Shown in pieces: positions 27,512 to 39,296 of a stretch of 64,000 nucleotides of DNA. Each line of letters opens with the position of its first letter. Within the stretch, counting starts at the first letter, position 1. The notes under the pieces are model-generated. The model was not told the origin of the DNA. It ran no database searches and saw only the letters and a list, made by a program, of their open reading frames with translations. Location of the stretch: NCBI RefSeq assembly GCF_003248505.1, contig NZ_QFOA01000003.1, forward strand, positions 17,697 through 81,696, written 5' to 3'. This DNA is from Sphingobium sp. Lineage in GTDB: Bacteria; Pseudomonadota; Alphaproteobacteria; Sphingomonadales; Sphingomonadaceae. Position numbers and translations under genes: made by a program.

Positions 27512-27814
27512 TCAGGCGCGTCGGGTGCCGTTGAACGCCGACGCGCCGAACGCTCCCAGTTGCATCGTCCCGGTGATCGCGTCGCCCTGGACCTCCGCCT
27601 CGCATTCCAGCGTCATCGGCATCGGCATGGTCATTTCCATCTTCCAGGTCAGCTTGTTGCCCGCCACCTGTCCTTCGGTCACGTCCAGCGATCCCATCAT
27701 GCCTGCAAAGGTGCCGTTGAAGCGGTCGCCGCTGCTGATGACGGTGAACACACCCTTCTGGTCGCCCATCGGAGTCTTCGCGACGCAATCGTAAGCGCCA
27801 TCGACTTCAGCCAT
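27512..27814 (-). CDS. hypothetical 100-aa protein (beta-rich, no signal peptide seen)
   Basis: Strong SD AAGGAG lies 7 nt before ATG 27814, 23 nt after the M16 peptidase stop. Codon third positions are G+C-rich. I do not recognise the family. Confidence 0.6.
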   Translation of the reverse strand: MAEVDGAYDCVAKTPMGDQKGVFTVISSGDRFNGTFAGMMGSLDVTEGQVAGNKLTWKMEMTMPMPMTLECEAEVQGDAITGTMQLGAFGASAFNGTRRA

Positions 27815-27837
27815 CTCATATCTCCTTTACGTGTCCG

Positions 27838-30705
27838 TCAATCGGCCAGTGTGCCCATTTCCACCGGCAGCCCCGCCGCGTCAAGTTGCGGGCGCACCAG
27901 CTTGGCGTCCCCCACCACCACCCAGATCAGCCGGTCGGGATCGATCGCCTCGCGGGCGGCCTTGTCCAGATCGGCAGCGGTCATCGCGCGATAGGTTTTG
28001 GGCAGCGTCTCGTAATAATCGTCGGGCCGACCGATCAGGTCGTTACGCATCATCGCCGACAAAAGGTCCGACGACGTTTCGAAACTCCCCGGCAGCGACA
28101 GGATCTGGCTGTTGATCGTCTGGTTGCGCTCGGCCTGCGTCGTGCCCTTCGCGGTCAGATAATCCCGGATGTCCTGGCGGGCAGCGACGATGGACTCGCC
28201 CGTCTTGTCGGTCTGCACGGGTGCGAAGACCAGCAGCGGGATTGTATCCTTGACGCCGGGCAGCGCGGTCCCGGCGGAATAGGCCCACCCCTTCGTCTCA
28301 CGCAGGTCGGTGATGAGCCGCGAGGATGTGGAACCGCCCAGCACTTCGTTCGCGGTCTGGAGCGTCACCGGATTGTCGGTGCCCTTCTTGCCGGTGAGGA
28401 GGCCCGCGAGAATCATCGACTGCGGGCTTTGCGGCTTGTCGATCAGGACGATCCGCGCCGGGCGCGCCATCCGGTCCATGCGGAACGTCTTGACCCCTTT
28501 GGCCGCAGCCGCCGGCTTCCAGTCGCCGAACCGCTTTTCCAGAAGCGGCATCAACTCGCCCAGCGTCGTGTCCCCCGCGACGAATACGGTCGCATTGTCG
28601 GGACGCAGCCATGTGTCGTGGAACCGGGTCAGGTCCGCCCTCGTCACCGCCTTGACCCCGGTTTCGGTGCCGGACCCTGTGAACGGGATGCCGTAGGGAT
28701 GCGCCTGCCCGTAGAGCAAAGGCGGCAGCATCCGCTGCGCGATGGCCATCGGCTCGGTCTTTTCCGCCTTGATGCGGGTCAGGATCTGTCCGCGCAGTCG
28801 TTCCACCTCCTCGGGCTTGAACGCCGGGTTGCGGATCACGTCTGCCAGCAGGCCGAGCGACGCGTCGAGATTGGGCTTAAGCGCAAACAGGCCGACCGTG
28901 GTGCGGTCCATGCCGTTGGCCGCGCTGATCGCCGCGCCCAGCCTTTCCTGTTCCTCGGCGATCTGCCTGCCGGTGCGAGTGGCGGTGCCTTCGTCCAGCA
29001 GCGCGGTGGCAAGGCCCGCCGTGCCGAGCTTCGCCCGGTCGTCCGCCGCATTGCCCGCATCGAACGCCACCGAAACGCGCACCGTCGGCACCGCCGTCCG
29101 TCGCGCGAACACGACCTTGATCCCGTTTTTGAGCGTCGCGCGCTCGACATCGGGAAAGTCGAGGTCCTTGACCGGTTGGATCGGCGGCTCGGCCACCCTG
29201 GTGGGGGCAGGGGGCGCGGCGGCGGCGGGTGCGGACGATCCAGGTTGCTGGAAATAGGCCGGGCGATGGGTCGCATTCCCCGCCAGCGCATTGTCCGCAG
29301 CGCTCCGTTCGCCCGGCGCGACCGTCAGGCGCAGCACGGGGCGGCCCAGCCATTTGCGCGCCGCCGCGCTGACCGACTGCGGCGTGGCGGCGGCATAGAC
29401 GGCCAAGTCCTTCTTGTACTTCGCCGGATCGTTCGAATAGACCGCGCCCTCGGCCAGCGTCACTGCCTTGCCCGAAAAGCCACCGACTTTCTCCAGCCCC
29501 GAAATCGTACCCGAAGCCTGCCCCGTCGCGGCGCGCAGCACCTCGTCCGCGCTCGGCCCCTTGGCGAGATAGTCGGCGAGCAACTGGTCGAGCCGCCTGC
29601 CCACTGCCACCGGATCGGTGCCCGGCTTCACGTCCACCGTGATTTCGGCGATGGACAGCTTCTCGAACGGCTGGATGCTGGCTTTCACCCCGACCGCGAC
29701 CTTCTCGTCGCGCACCAGCACATTGTCGAGGCGGGATGACGCCAGCCCGCCGAACACGGCCATCGCGATGTCGAGTTGCGGCAGATCGGCGGAATTGACG
29801 CCCGGCACGATCCAGTTGCGATACAGCCGCGTCGCCGCGACATTGTCGTGCATGACGACCTCTGCATCCTTGGGCAGCGTCGGCACGGTCGCATCGACAT
29901 CGACGGGCGCGGGGCCTGTCGGGATGTTGCCGAACCACTTGCCGACCTTCGCCTTCGCCGTCGCCGCGTCGATATCTCCCGCCAGCACCAGCACCGCGTT
30001 GTTGGGGCCGTAATGCGTCTTGAACCAGCTCTGCACGTCCGCAAGGCTCGCGGCATTGAGGTCCGCCATCGACCCGATGGTAGAGTGGCGGTAGGGATGG
30101 CCTTCGGGCAGCAGTGCGGCGAGCTGCGCATATTCGACCAGGCCATAGGGCTCGTTCTCGCCCATGCGCTTTTCATTCTGCACGACGCCGCGCTGGGTAT
30201 CGAGCTTCTTCTGCGTCACCGCGCCCAACAGATGTCCCATCCGGTCGGATTCGAGGAACAGCGCCCGGTCCAGCGCGCCGGTCGGCACCGTCTCGAAATA
30301 ATTGGTGCGGTCGAACCAGGTCGTCCCGTTCCAGTCGGTCGCGCCGATATCCTCCAGCCGCCCGAAGAAGGGGCCGTCCGCATTTTCCGAACCGTAGAAC
30401 ATCAGATGCTCGAACAGATGCGCGAAGCCGGTCTTGCCGGCAGGTTCGAAGCGCGATCCGACATGATACCATACGGACACGGCCACGATGGGTGCCTTGC
30501 GATCGGTATGGACGATGACGCGCAGGCCGTTGGGCAGGCGGAACTCCTCATAGGGAATGTCCACCTTCGCCACCAGGCTGGACAGCGGCGCAGGCGCAGC
30601 GGTCGCGGTGGCGCTCTGCGCTAACGCCCCGGCACTATGGGTCAGGGCGAGCGCGGACAGGCCGACCATCAGGGTAAGGCGGCGCGACAGGGGAGACAGG
30701 ATCAT
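27838..30705 (-). CDS. M16 (pitrilysin/insulinase) family zinc peptidase, two fused M16 units, secreted
   Basis: Signal peptide MILSPLSRRLTLMVGLSALALTHSAGALA and inverted zinc motif HxxEH (FAHLFEHLMF). 955 aa. Confidence 0.9.
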   Translation of the reverse strand: MILSPLSRRLTLMVGLSALALTHSAGALAQSATATAAPAPLSSLVAKVDIPYEEFRLPNGLRVIVHTDRKAPIVAVSVWYHVGSRFEPAGKTGFAHLFEHLMFYGSENADGPFFGRLEDIGATDWNGTTWFDRTNYFETVPTGALDRALFLESDRMGHLLGAVTQKKLDTQRGVVQNEKRMGENEPYGLVEYAQLAALLPEGHPYRHSTIGSMADLNAASLADVQSWFKTHYGPNNAVLVLAGDIDAATAKAKVGKWFGNIPTGPAPVDVDATVPTLPKDAEVVMHDNVAATRLYRNWIVPGVNSADLPQLDIAMAVFGGLASSRLDNVLVRDEKVAVGVKASIQPFEKLSIAEITVDVKPGTDPVAVGRRLDQLLADYLAKGPSADEVLRAATGQASGTISGLEKVGGFSGKAVTLAEGAVYSNDPAKYKKDLAVYAAATPQSVSAAARKWLGRPVLRLTVAPGERSAADNALAGNATHRPAYFQQPGSSAPAAAAPPAPTRVAEPPIQPVKDLDFPDVERATLKNGIKVVFARRTAVPTVRVSVAFDAGNAADDRAKLGTAGLATALLDEGTATRTGRQIAEEQERLGAAISAANGMDRTTVGLFALKPNLDASLGLLADVIRNPAFKPEEVERLRGQILTRIKAEKTEPMAIAQRMLPPLLYGQAHPYGIPFTGSGTETGVKAVTRADLTRFHDTWLRPDNATVFVAGDTTLGELMPLLEKRFGDWKPAAAAKGVKTFRMDRMARPARIVLIDKPQSPQSMILAGLLTGKKGTDNPVTLQTANEVLGGSTSSRLITDLRETKGWAYSAGTALPGVKDTIPLLVFAPVQTDKTGESIVAARQDIRDYLTAKGTTQAERNQTINSQILSLPGSFETSSDLLSAMMRNDLIGRPDDYYETLPKTYRAMTAADLDKAAREAIDPDRLIWVVVGDAKLVRPQLDAAGLPVEMGTLAD

Positions 30706-30854
30706 GGAAGGCCTCTTGCGTTCGGCGGGGACCGGCGCGGCGACGAATGCGCCACAGATGGCCGCACCATAGCGGGGCAGGGGGACCGTGCAATATGGAT
30801 AAACGACGCTCGCCGCGTGTGCTGCCGACCACGCGCCAATATTGCGCCTGGCCC

Positions 30855-30883
30855 CTTGTGTTGTTTTTGGGCAACACTACATT
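30855..30883 (+). promoter_or_regulatory. possible RpoH (sigma32)-type promoter of clpB
   Basis: CTTGtgt-N13-CACTACAT lies about 30 nt upstream of the clpB ATG. It resembles CTTGAAA-N13-15-CCCCATNT only loosely. clpB is a classical heat-shock regulon member. Confidence 0.3.
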
Positions 30884-30913
30884 CTCGGCATTCAAGTGAG
30901 AGTGGGATTTGCG

Positions 30914-33493
<2,580 letters not shown>

Positions 33494-33499
33494 TCCAGC

Positions 33500-33535
33500 C
33501 CGACCGGGCATCTCCAAACGAGAACGCCCGGTCGG
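33500..33535 (+). terminator. 10-bp GC hairpin after clpB (no U-tract)
   Basis: CCGACCGGGC-N16-GCCCGGTCGG starts 7 nt after the clpB stop. Confidence 0.4.
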
Positions 33536-33553
33536 ACATGGTCAAGTCGGCAA

Positions 33554-34303
33554 ATGACGATACAAGGGATCATGCCCCAAGCCAGCGACATTGCGATCCA
33601 CTCTGACATCGACATCCTCGCATGGCAGGAGTTGTTTGGTGCCAGACAGCGCATCCAGATACCGAACTTCCTGACCGCGTCATCGGCCGACACCTTACGT
33701 GACCATCTCCAAAATGAAGTTGATTGGACGCACGTTATCAATGGCGAGGAAAAGGTGTTCGAAATCGCGAGCGGCGACTTTGACGCACTGGACCCAAGCG
33801 TAAGGAAGAGGCTGAACATCGCTCTCTACGAAAAGGCCGCGTCCGCCTTCCAATTTCAATTCGACAATCGTCGCGTGTCCGACATCGATATCCAGCAAGG
33901 GGTTGGAGACGATCTGCTCCATCATTTCGGGCAATGGATCAACAGTCCGCAGACGCTCGGCCTCTTTCGGAATGTGACGGGTCGACAGGATATCGGTTTC
34001 GCCGATGTGCAGGCCACACGCTACAGATCCGGCGATTTCCTGACCGGTCATGACGACGTCATTCCCGGCAAGGATCGGCTATTCGCCTATGTCTTGAACC
34101 TGAGCGACAATTGGCGCACCGAATGGGGCGGGTTGCTGCTGTTCCATGATGTCGACAGTCGCGTCGCCGAAACCTTCGTCCCGATCTTCAATTCTATCAG
34201 CCTCTTCAGTGTCGGTCAGCCCCATAGCGTCAGCTACGTCACGCCCTTCGCACAGGAAGAGCGGCTGTCCATCACCGGCTGGCTGCGTAAGGGCGTCGCC
34301 TAG
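33554..34303 (+). CDS. 2OG-Fe(II) oxygenase family protein (prolyl-hydroxylase-like)
   Basis: Facial triad HxD...H (FLTGHDDV ... GQPHSVSYV) plus a basic residue in RLSITGW. G+C is clearly lower than in neighbouring genes. Confidence 0.7.
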   Translation: MTIQGIMPQASDIAIHSDIDILAWQELFGARQRIQIPNFLTASSADTLRDHLQNEVDWTHVINGEEKVFEIASGDFDALDPSVRKRLNIALYEKAASAFQFQFDNRRVSDIDIQQGVGDDLLHHFGQWINSPQTLGLFRNVTGRQDIGFADVQATRYRSGDFLTGHDDVIPGKDRLFAYVLNLSDNWRTEWGGLLLFHDVDSRVAETFVPIFNSISLFSVGQPHSVSYVTPFAQEERLSITGWLRKGVA

Positions 34304-34369
34304 CTCAATCTCGCAGAGCCGAATCGAAGCAGCGACGAATATCCGCAGCTTTTCCCTGCCAAAACGACA

Positions 34370-34397
34370 ATGGGCCGCCAATCGCTTGGCGGCCCAT
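34370..34397. terminator. bidirectional terminator shared by the 2OG oxygenase and TonB receptor genes
   Basis: ATGGGCCGCCAAtcgcTTGGCGGCCCAT is a perfect 12-bp stem. On the minus strand it is followed by TGTCGTTTTGG. Confidence 0.75.
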
Positions 34398-34420
34398 CAT
34401 TCTTACGTTCCGTTCTCGGA

Positions 34421-37303
34421 TCAGAAGCGTAGGCTTGCAGTCATCGAGAAGCGGCGACCCAGCACATCGTAGATGGTCGGGAAGGTGTTGCTCTGCTCAC
34501 CGTTACCACCGTTCTGCGTGCTTGCAGCCAGCGGCGGCGTCTTGTCGAACAGGTTCACAATGTTGCCACGCAGCGTGAAGTTGTCGTTCACGTGGAAAGC
34601 CGTCGACAGATCGAAGTAGTTGATCGCCTTGAAGCGTTCCGAAGCATAGACCGTGTCTGGATCGTCGTCATGCGACGAACCTACATAGCGCCAGAAGAAC
34701 GACAGCTCGAACTTTTCGGTGTCCAGCGTGGTACGGAACGTGTGGCGCCACTTGGGCGTCGGAACGCCGCAGTTGGCACCGAAGGCCCCGGCGCAGTTGT
34801 AGGTCAGGTTCTGACCGACGACCGGCGTGAAGTCGTTCTTCAGCAGACGCGTACCATCGAACGAGAAGATCAGGTTGGCTTCCTTGCCACCCAGAATCTC
34901 GCCGATGCCGATACGATAGGTAGCGTTGGCGTCGATACCACGGTTCTTCAGGCCGCCGCTGTTGACGTAACCGTCGCGGAAGCTGTCGATTTCACCGATC
35001 GAGTTACGCGAGATACGGCTGCAATAATCCTGGTTGAAGCTGTTGAAGCACAGGTTGCCGATCGACTGCGTACCCACACCGCTGGTGATGTAGTTATCAA
35101 TCTTGATGTTGTAGTAATCGACGGTAGCGCTGAAGCCGCGCAGAGCGCGAGGCTGGAACACGACACCGACGGTATAGGTCTTCGCCGTTTCTTCACGCAG
35201 ACCCGAGTTACCACCGAGGAAGCGAACCGGGTTGACGTTGTTCGGATCCTGGATGGCCGCGTTGCCGATGTTCGTCAGCGGAGCGCCCGCTGCGTTGAAT
35301 TGGGCGACGCAGATCGCGTTCAGCTGGCCGGTACGAGCTGCGGCAGTGCCGCACTGGTCCGCATTGCCATCGAAGCTGACAGTGTTGCCGAGGAACAGTT
35401 CGTTGACGCTCGGACCGCGAACGGCCTTCTGATACTGACCACGGAAGGTGATGTCTTCTATCGGCGACAGTTCAGCGCCAGCCGACCAGGTGAAGACGTT
35501 GCCGGGCGCATTCGAATATTTCGAATAGCGAGCCGCACCGTTGAGGTCGAGGCGATGGATGATGCTGTCACGAAGCAGCGGCATGCGGACTTCGCCGAAG
35601 AACTCGGTCACGTTGTACGAACCCGAGGTCGCCTGACCGGGGTTAAAGCCTGCGACGTTACCGCTTGCAAGATAGGTGTCGGGGTTAACCGAACCGGCTT
35701 CCTTGCGGTATTCCACACCTGCCGCGACACCCACACCGCCTGCGCCCAGATCGAAGATCGAGGGGTTGGTGACAGCGAAGGAAGCGACCTGCGTGGTATA
35801 GGTTTCGACGTTGGTCGCGGTGATCGCCAGGTTCTTGGCTGCCGCATCGCTCAGCTGATCGAAGCCGAAGATGTTGGCGGGAACGCAACCCGAAGCGCGA
35901 GCCGAGGCGTCGGCGCAAACCAGGGCACCGTTCAGTAGAACGTTGTTTGTCGCCTGCAGGAACTTGTCGATCGCGACGTTACCGGCCTGACGCTGCGTAT
36001 TCTTGGTGTGCGAATACATGTAGTATGCGTCGTAGCTGAAGCCAGCGCCGATATCGCCCTTCATGCCGGTCACGAAGCGATAGGCATTGCGGTCGTCGTC
36101 GTTGATGCGCGGGCCAAGCTGCGTCGTGCGATAGTTGAAGTTCGCGTTCACATAGCCGTTGCCGTCGGTATCCAGCGTGCGCAGCGCATTCTGGAGAGCA
36201 GGCGTGAAGAAGGTCGAGTTCACGTAGAGCGGGATCTGGCCGATCACGCCGTCGCCGAAGGGCGTGCCGTTGCTGATCGGGGTCGGAGCCAGCTGAGCGG
36301 CGACGCGATTGTTGACGAACTGCGCTTCCAGGTAAGGCTGGAACGCATCGCTGATTTCATAGTGGGCCATCGCCGACACGACGAAGCGCTTCTGCGGCAC
36401 CTGCAGATAGTTGATCGGCGCATAGTTGTATGCGTCGGTCGCACCGACATAACAGGTGTTGACGCTGCCGGCGAAGTCCTGCGTGTCGCAGCCCAGGCCC
36501 GAAGCGGCGCCGAGGCCGGGGACGGTGATGCGGCCCTGCGGAACCGACGGCGAACCGCCCGTGGTGAAGGTGCCGTCACCATTGTCGACCAGAGCGTTGC
36601 GAGCGAAGCCGCGCGCACCGGCCAGAACGGCCTTACGCTGCGTGTAGCCGACAAACACGGTCGCGTTGCCGCGGCCATCTTCGAAATTGCCACCGATCGT
36701 GCCGTTGACGTCCCAGACGGCACCGTCGCCGCGGTCGGTCAGGTCATAGCTGCTGTTGACGGCAACGCCCTGGAAGTCACGCTTCAGGGTGAAGTTGACG
36801 ACACCGGCGATCGCGTCCGAACCATAGACAGCCGACTGGCCACCCGTCACTACGTCTACGCGCTCGATTAGTGCGGACGGGATGGTGTTGAGGTCGACGA
36901 TCTGGTTGACGTCGTAAGACATGTAGCGACGGCCGTCGACCAGCACCAGCGTACGTTGCGAGCCGAGACCGCGAAGATTGACGGTGGCGACGCCGCCGCC
37001 GGGGTTGTTCGATGCAGAACTGGTCGTCGCCGTCACCTGCGGCAAGTCGTTCAGCACGTTTTCGATGTTGCTAGAACCGCCCTTGAGGGCGATGTCGCCG
37101 GCGCTGACGACGTTCAGCGGGCTGGTGCTGTCGAGGTCAGGGCGTGCGATACGCGACCCGGTAACGACGATGACCGATTCACCGTTCGCGTCTGCAGCCT
37201 GCGGCGCATCCTGCGCGACCGCAGCCGTCGCGATCAAAGACACGCCCAGGATCGCCGGAGCGGCGCTGGCACGCAGAAGTGCCCTCTTCGAAAATGTTTT
37301 CAC
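34421..37303 (-). CDS. TonB-dependent receptor
   Basis: Signal peptide (V)KTFSKRALLRASAAPAILGVSLIATAAVAQ, plug motifs (VIVVTGSR, NLRGLG) and a long beta-barrel ending ...MTASLRF. AAGGGA lies 7 nt before GTG 37303. An alternative upstream GTG at 37345 adds 14 aa. Confidence 0.92.
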   Translation of the reverse strand: MKTFSKRALLRASAAPAILGVSLIATAAVAQDAPQAADANGESVIVVTGSRIARPDLDSTSPLNVVSAGDIALKGGSSNIENVLNDLPQVTATTSSASNNPGGGVATVNLRGLGSQRTLVLVDGRRYMSYDVNQIVDLNTIPSALIERVDVVTGGQSAVYGSDAIAGVVNFTLKRDFQGVAVNSSYDLTDRGDGAVWDVNGTIGGNFEDGRGNATVFVGYTQRKAVLAGARGFARNALVDNGDGTFTTGGSPSVPQGRITVPGLGAASGLGCDTQDFAGSVNTCYVGATDAYNYAPINYLQVPQKRFVVSAMAHYEISDAFQPYLEAQFVNNRVAAQLAPTPISNGTPFGDGVIGQIPLYVNSTFFTPALQNALRTLDTDGNGYVNANFNYRTTQLGPRINDDDRNAYRFVTGMKGDIGAGFSYDAYYMYSHTKNTQRQAGNVAIDKFLQATNNVLLNGALVCADASARASGCVPANIFGFDQLSDAAAKNLAITATNVETYTTQVASFAVTNPSIFDLGAGGVGVAAGVEYRKEAGSVNPDTYLASGNVAGFNPGQATSGSYNVTEFFGEVRMPLLRDSIIHRLDLNGAARYSKYSNAPGNVFTWSAGAELSPIEDITFRGQYQKAVRGPSVNELFLGNTVSFDGNADQCGTAAARTGQLNAICVAQFNAAGAPLTNIGNAAIQDPNNVNPVRFLGGNSGLREETAKTYTVGVVFQPRALRGFSATVDYYNIKIDNYITSGVGTQSIGNLCFNSFNQDYCSRISRNSIGEIDSFRDGYVNSGGLKNRGIDANATYRIGIGEILGGKEANLIFSFDGTRLLKNDFTPVVGQNLTYNCAGAFGANCGVPTPKWRHTFRTTLDTEKFELSFFWRYVGSSHDDDPDTVYASERFKAINYFDLSTAFHVNDNFTLRGNIVNLFDKTPPLAASTQNGGNGEQSNTFPTIYDVLGRRFSMTASLRF

Positions 37304-37670
37304 GGTCCAGTCCCTTGCTCTGGAGTTTGGCAGATCATCTGCCACTTAAGTGGCCCAGACAGGGGGACTTGGTGCCCGACAGCATTCCCCCCATATGGAT
37401 CGGGTGAAACTGCAAGGGGTTAGGCGCGCTGTAAAGCGGGCGAGAAGGACATGCTCTGCTTTTGGAGTGCTATGTATCAAAAATGCAACAACGCGAAGCG
37501 TCGGCGTTTTGCGGGGTGCGGCAAGATAATTACGTCGGCCGTTCCTTTGGTGTAGCAAAGATGCTTCTTATGTGATGTGAGCGGGCGACATGCATTGCCG
37601 CGCAGGCGCGGTGTTGACGCATCTGGCTGGCAGTGCATTGATGTGGCGACATTCAGGCAGGGATCCGGAT

Positions 37671-38210
37671 ATGATGAAGACAGGCTTGTTGGCGAGCGCC
37701 GTCGCGGGGGTGTTGATGAGTGGGGGAGCGGTCGCGGCACCCAAGTTGCAGCCGCGTCCGGAAATATTTACCAACCTCCTGCAATGCCGCGGCATTGCCG
37801 ATAATGCGGAACGGCTTGCCTGCTTCGATCGACAGGTAGGCGAGATGGACGTGGCTGCTCAGCGAGATGAAGTGGTCGTGCTCGATAAGAGCGAATTGAA
37901 GAAAACGCGAAAGACTCTTTTCGGCTTTTCATTCCCCAAATTGCCTTTCCTGGGGGGCGGGGATGATGACGATCAAGCAAGGGAAGAGGGTTTCAGCCAT
38001 ATCGAAACCACAATCGGGTCACTCCGCGCGCTTGGCTACGACAAGTGGCAGATCGGGCTGGAAGACGGAGCGCAGTGGATGACCACCGAAGCCATTACCG
38101 GTTCTGCGCCCAAGGTGGGCCAAAAGATCGAGATCCGTCGCGCCGCCATGGGCAGCTTCTTGGGCAAGGTGAACGGCGGTCGGGCGGTTCGGATGAAGCG
38201 CGTTCGCTGA
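37671..38210 (+). CDS. hypothetical secreted protein
   Basis: Signal peptide MMKTGLLASAVAGVLMSGGAVAA, a Cys pair (LQCRGI..RLACFD) and an acidic GGGDDDD linker. No family recognised. Confidence 0.6.
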   Translation: MMKTGLLASAVAGVLMSGGAVAAPKLQPRPEIFTNLLQCRGIADNAERLACFDRQVGEMDVAAQRDEVVVLDKSELKKTRKTLFGFSFPKLPFLGGGDDDDQAREEGFSHIETTIGSLRALGYDKWQIGLEDGAQWMTTEAITGSAPKVGQKIEIRRAAMGSFLGKVNGGRAVRMKRVR

Positions 38211-39068
38211 TCAACGAGCGTTCGGCATCGGCCCTGCCACCAGCATGGGGTCGATGCGGGCGTCGTTCCATTTCATGCCCCAGTGCAGATGCGGTCCCGT
38301 GGCTCGACCGGTTGCACCGATCGCGCCGATCCGTTGCCCCTGCCGGACATGGTCGCCGACCCCCACGTCGATGCGGGACAGGTGCAGGAAGGCACTGTTG
38401 AGGCCATGACCGTGGTCGATCATCAGCAAGTGCCCCTCCAGCGTATAAGGCTTGTCGCTGGCGGCAAGGATCACGACACCGTCGGCCGGCGCGACGACGG
38501 GCTCGCCGGTCGCCCCGGCCACATCCACTCCGCTGTGATAGGCGCCGGGCACGCCCTGATAGACGCGCTGCGACCCAAACAGGCCGGATATGCGACCGAT
38601 GCGCGGCCATACGAAGGATTGCCGCCACCCGTCCGCATCGGTCACGATCCTGCGAGCGGCAGCGATTGCGTCCAGTTCGGGGCGCCGGATCGCCAGGAAG
38701 GCGTCATTGTCCTTTGTGGGGCGCAGCGGCGCGTCGATCCTCTCGATGCGCCAGTCCCGTGGCGCAACCGTCAGGCTTCGGTCAACGGTGCGCCCGTCCC
38801 GCAAGCGGGCCTGAAGCCGCGCGGCGGGCAAGGCATCGCGGTCGAAACCGATAAGGAACCGTCCATCGGCATCCATGGCAACGGGCTTGCCGTCGAATTG
38901 CAAGGCCATGGTCCCATCGGGTGCCTGTCCCGTCACGATCCCGCCCTGCACGGGCGTGCCCGTCAGTGCGAACCCTTCCGCCCGGCTCGACGCGACCTGC
39001 TGCGGAAAGGCCGGAGCCACCGGCAACAATGCCGCCGCCGCCGAGACGATCAGCATGGCCGGCCTCAT
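38211..39068 (-). CDS. M23 (LytM-type) family metallopeptidase
   Basis: Signal peptide plus the motifs HSGVDVAG and GPHLHWGM (HxxxD / HxH). Confidence 0.88.
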   Translation of the reverse strand: MRPAMLIVSAAAALLPVAPAFPQQVASSRAEGFALTGTPVQGGIVTGQAPDGTMALQFDGKPVAMDADGRFLIGFDRDALPAARLQARLRDGRTVDRSLTVAPRDWRIERIDAPLRPTKDNDAFLAIRRPELDAIAAARRIVTDADGWRQSFVWPRIGRISGLFGSQRVYQGVPGAYHSGVDVAGATGEPVVAPADGVVILAASDKPYTLEGHLLMIDHGHGLNSAFLHLSRIDVGVGDHVRQGQRIGAIGATGRATGPHLHWGMKWNDARIDPMLVAGPMPNAR

Positions 39069-39277
39069 CGGATAACGCCCGCTTTCAGCGCCGCTTGCGT
39101 GGACGCTTCGGCGTTCGCATAGGGTTCCTGTCGCGCGACGCTCCAATAGCGCAACTGATCGAGCGGGATGCGTTCACCGCTGACGGCGCAGACGACATGA
39201 TCCCCTGCTTGCAGCACGCGGAAACTGTAGGGCAGGTAGCGGAGCCGGGCGGGCCGGTCCCGGTTGGACATCAGCAT
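39065..39277 (-). CDS. DUF2093-like small protein
   Basis: RLRYLPYSFRVLQAGDHVVCAVSGERIPLDQLRYWSVARQEPY matches my memory of the alphaproteobacterial DUF2093 family. Its stop overlaps the M23 start. Confidence 0.5.
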   Translation of the reverse strand: MLMSNRDRPARLRYLPYSFRVLQAGDHVVCAVSGERIPLDQLRYWSVARQEPYANAEASTQAALKAGVIR

Positions 39278-39296
39278 AGATCGGCCTTTCTTTCGG

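Noticed and set aside
37265-37281. A second TGGCAC element (TGGCACGCAGAAGTGCC) as a sigma54 promoter.
   Set aside because: The GC dinucleotide is one nucleotide out of register with the -24/-12 spacing. The site is inside the receptor coding region on the non-coding strand, and no activator gene is nearby.
37304-37600. Cobalamin, TPP or other riboswitch in the TonB-dependent receptor leader.
   Set aside because: I could not find a B12 box, a TPP CUGAGA element or any other conserved riboswitch core on the minus strand. Only the palindromes reported separately are present.
38205-38216. Back-to-back stop codons forming TGATCA between the secreted hypothetical gene and the M23 peptidase gene, with similarly tight convergent junctions at 19414/19418, 42648/42655 and 49550/49558.
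   Set aside because: These reflect a compact genome with convergent genes and probably Rho-dependent termination. There is no additional structure to interpret.
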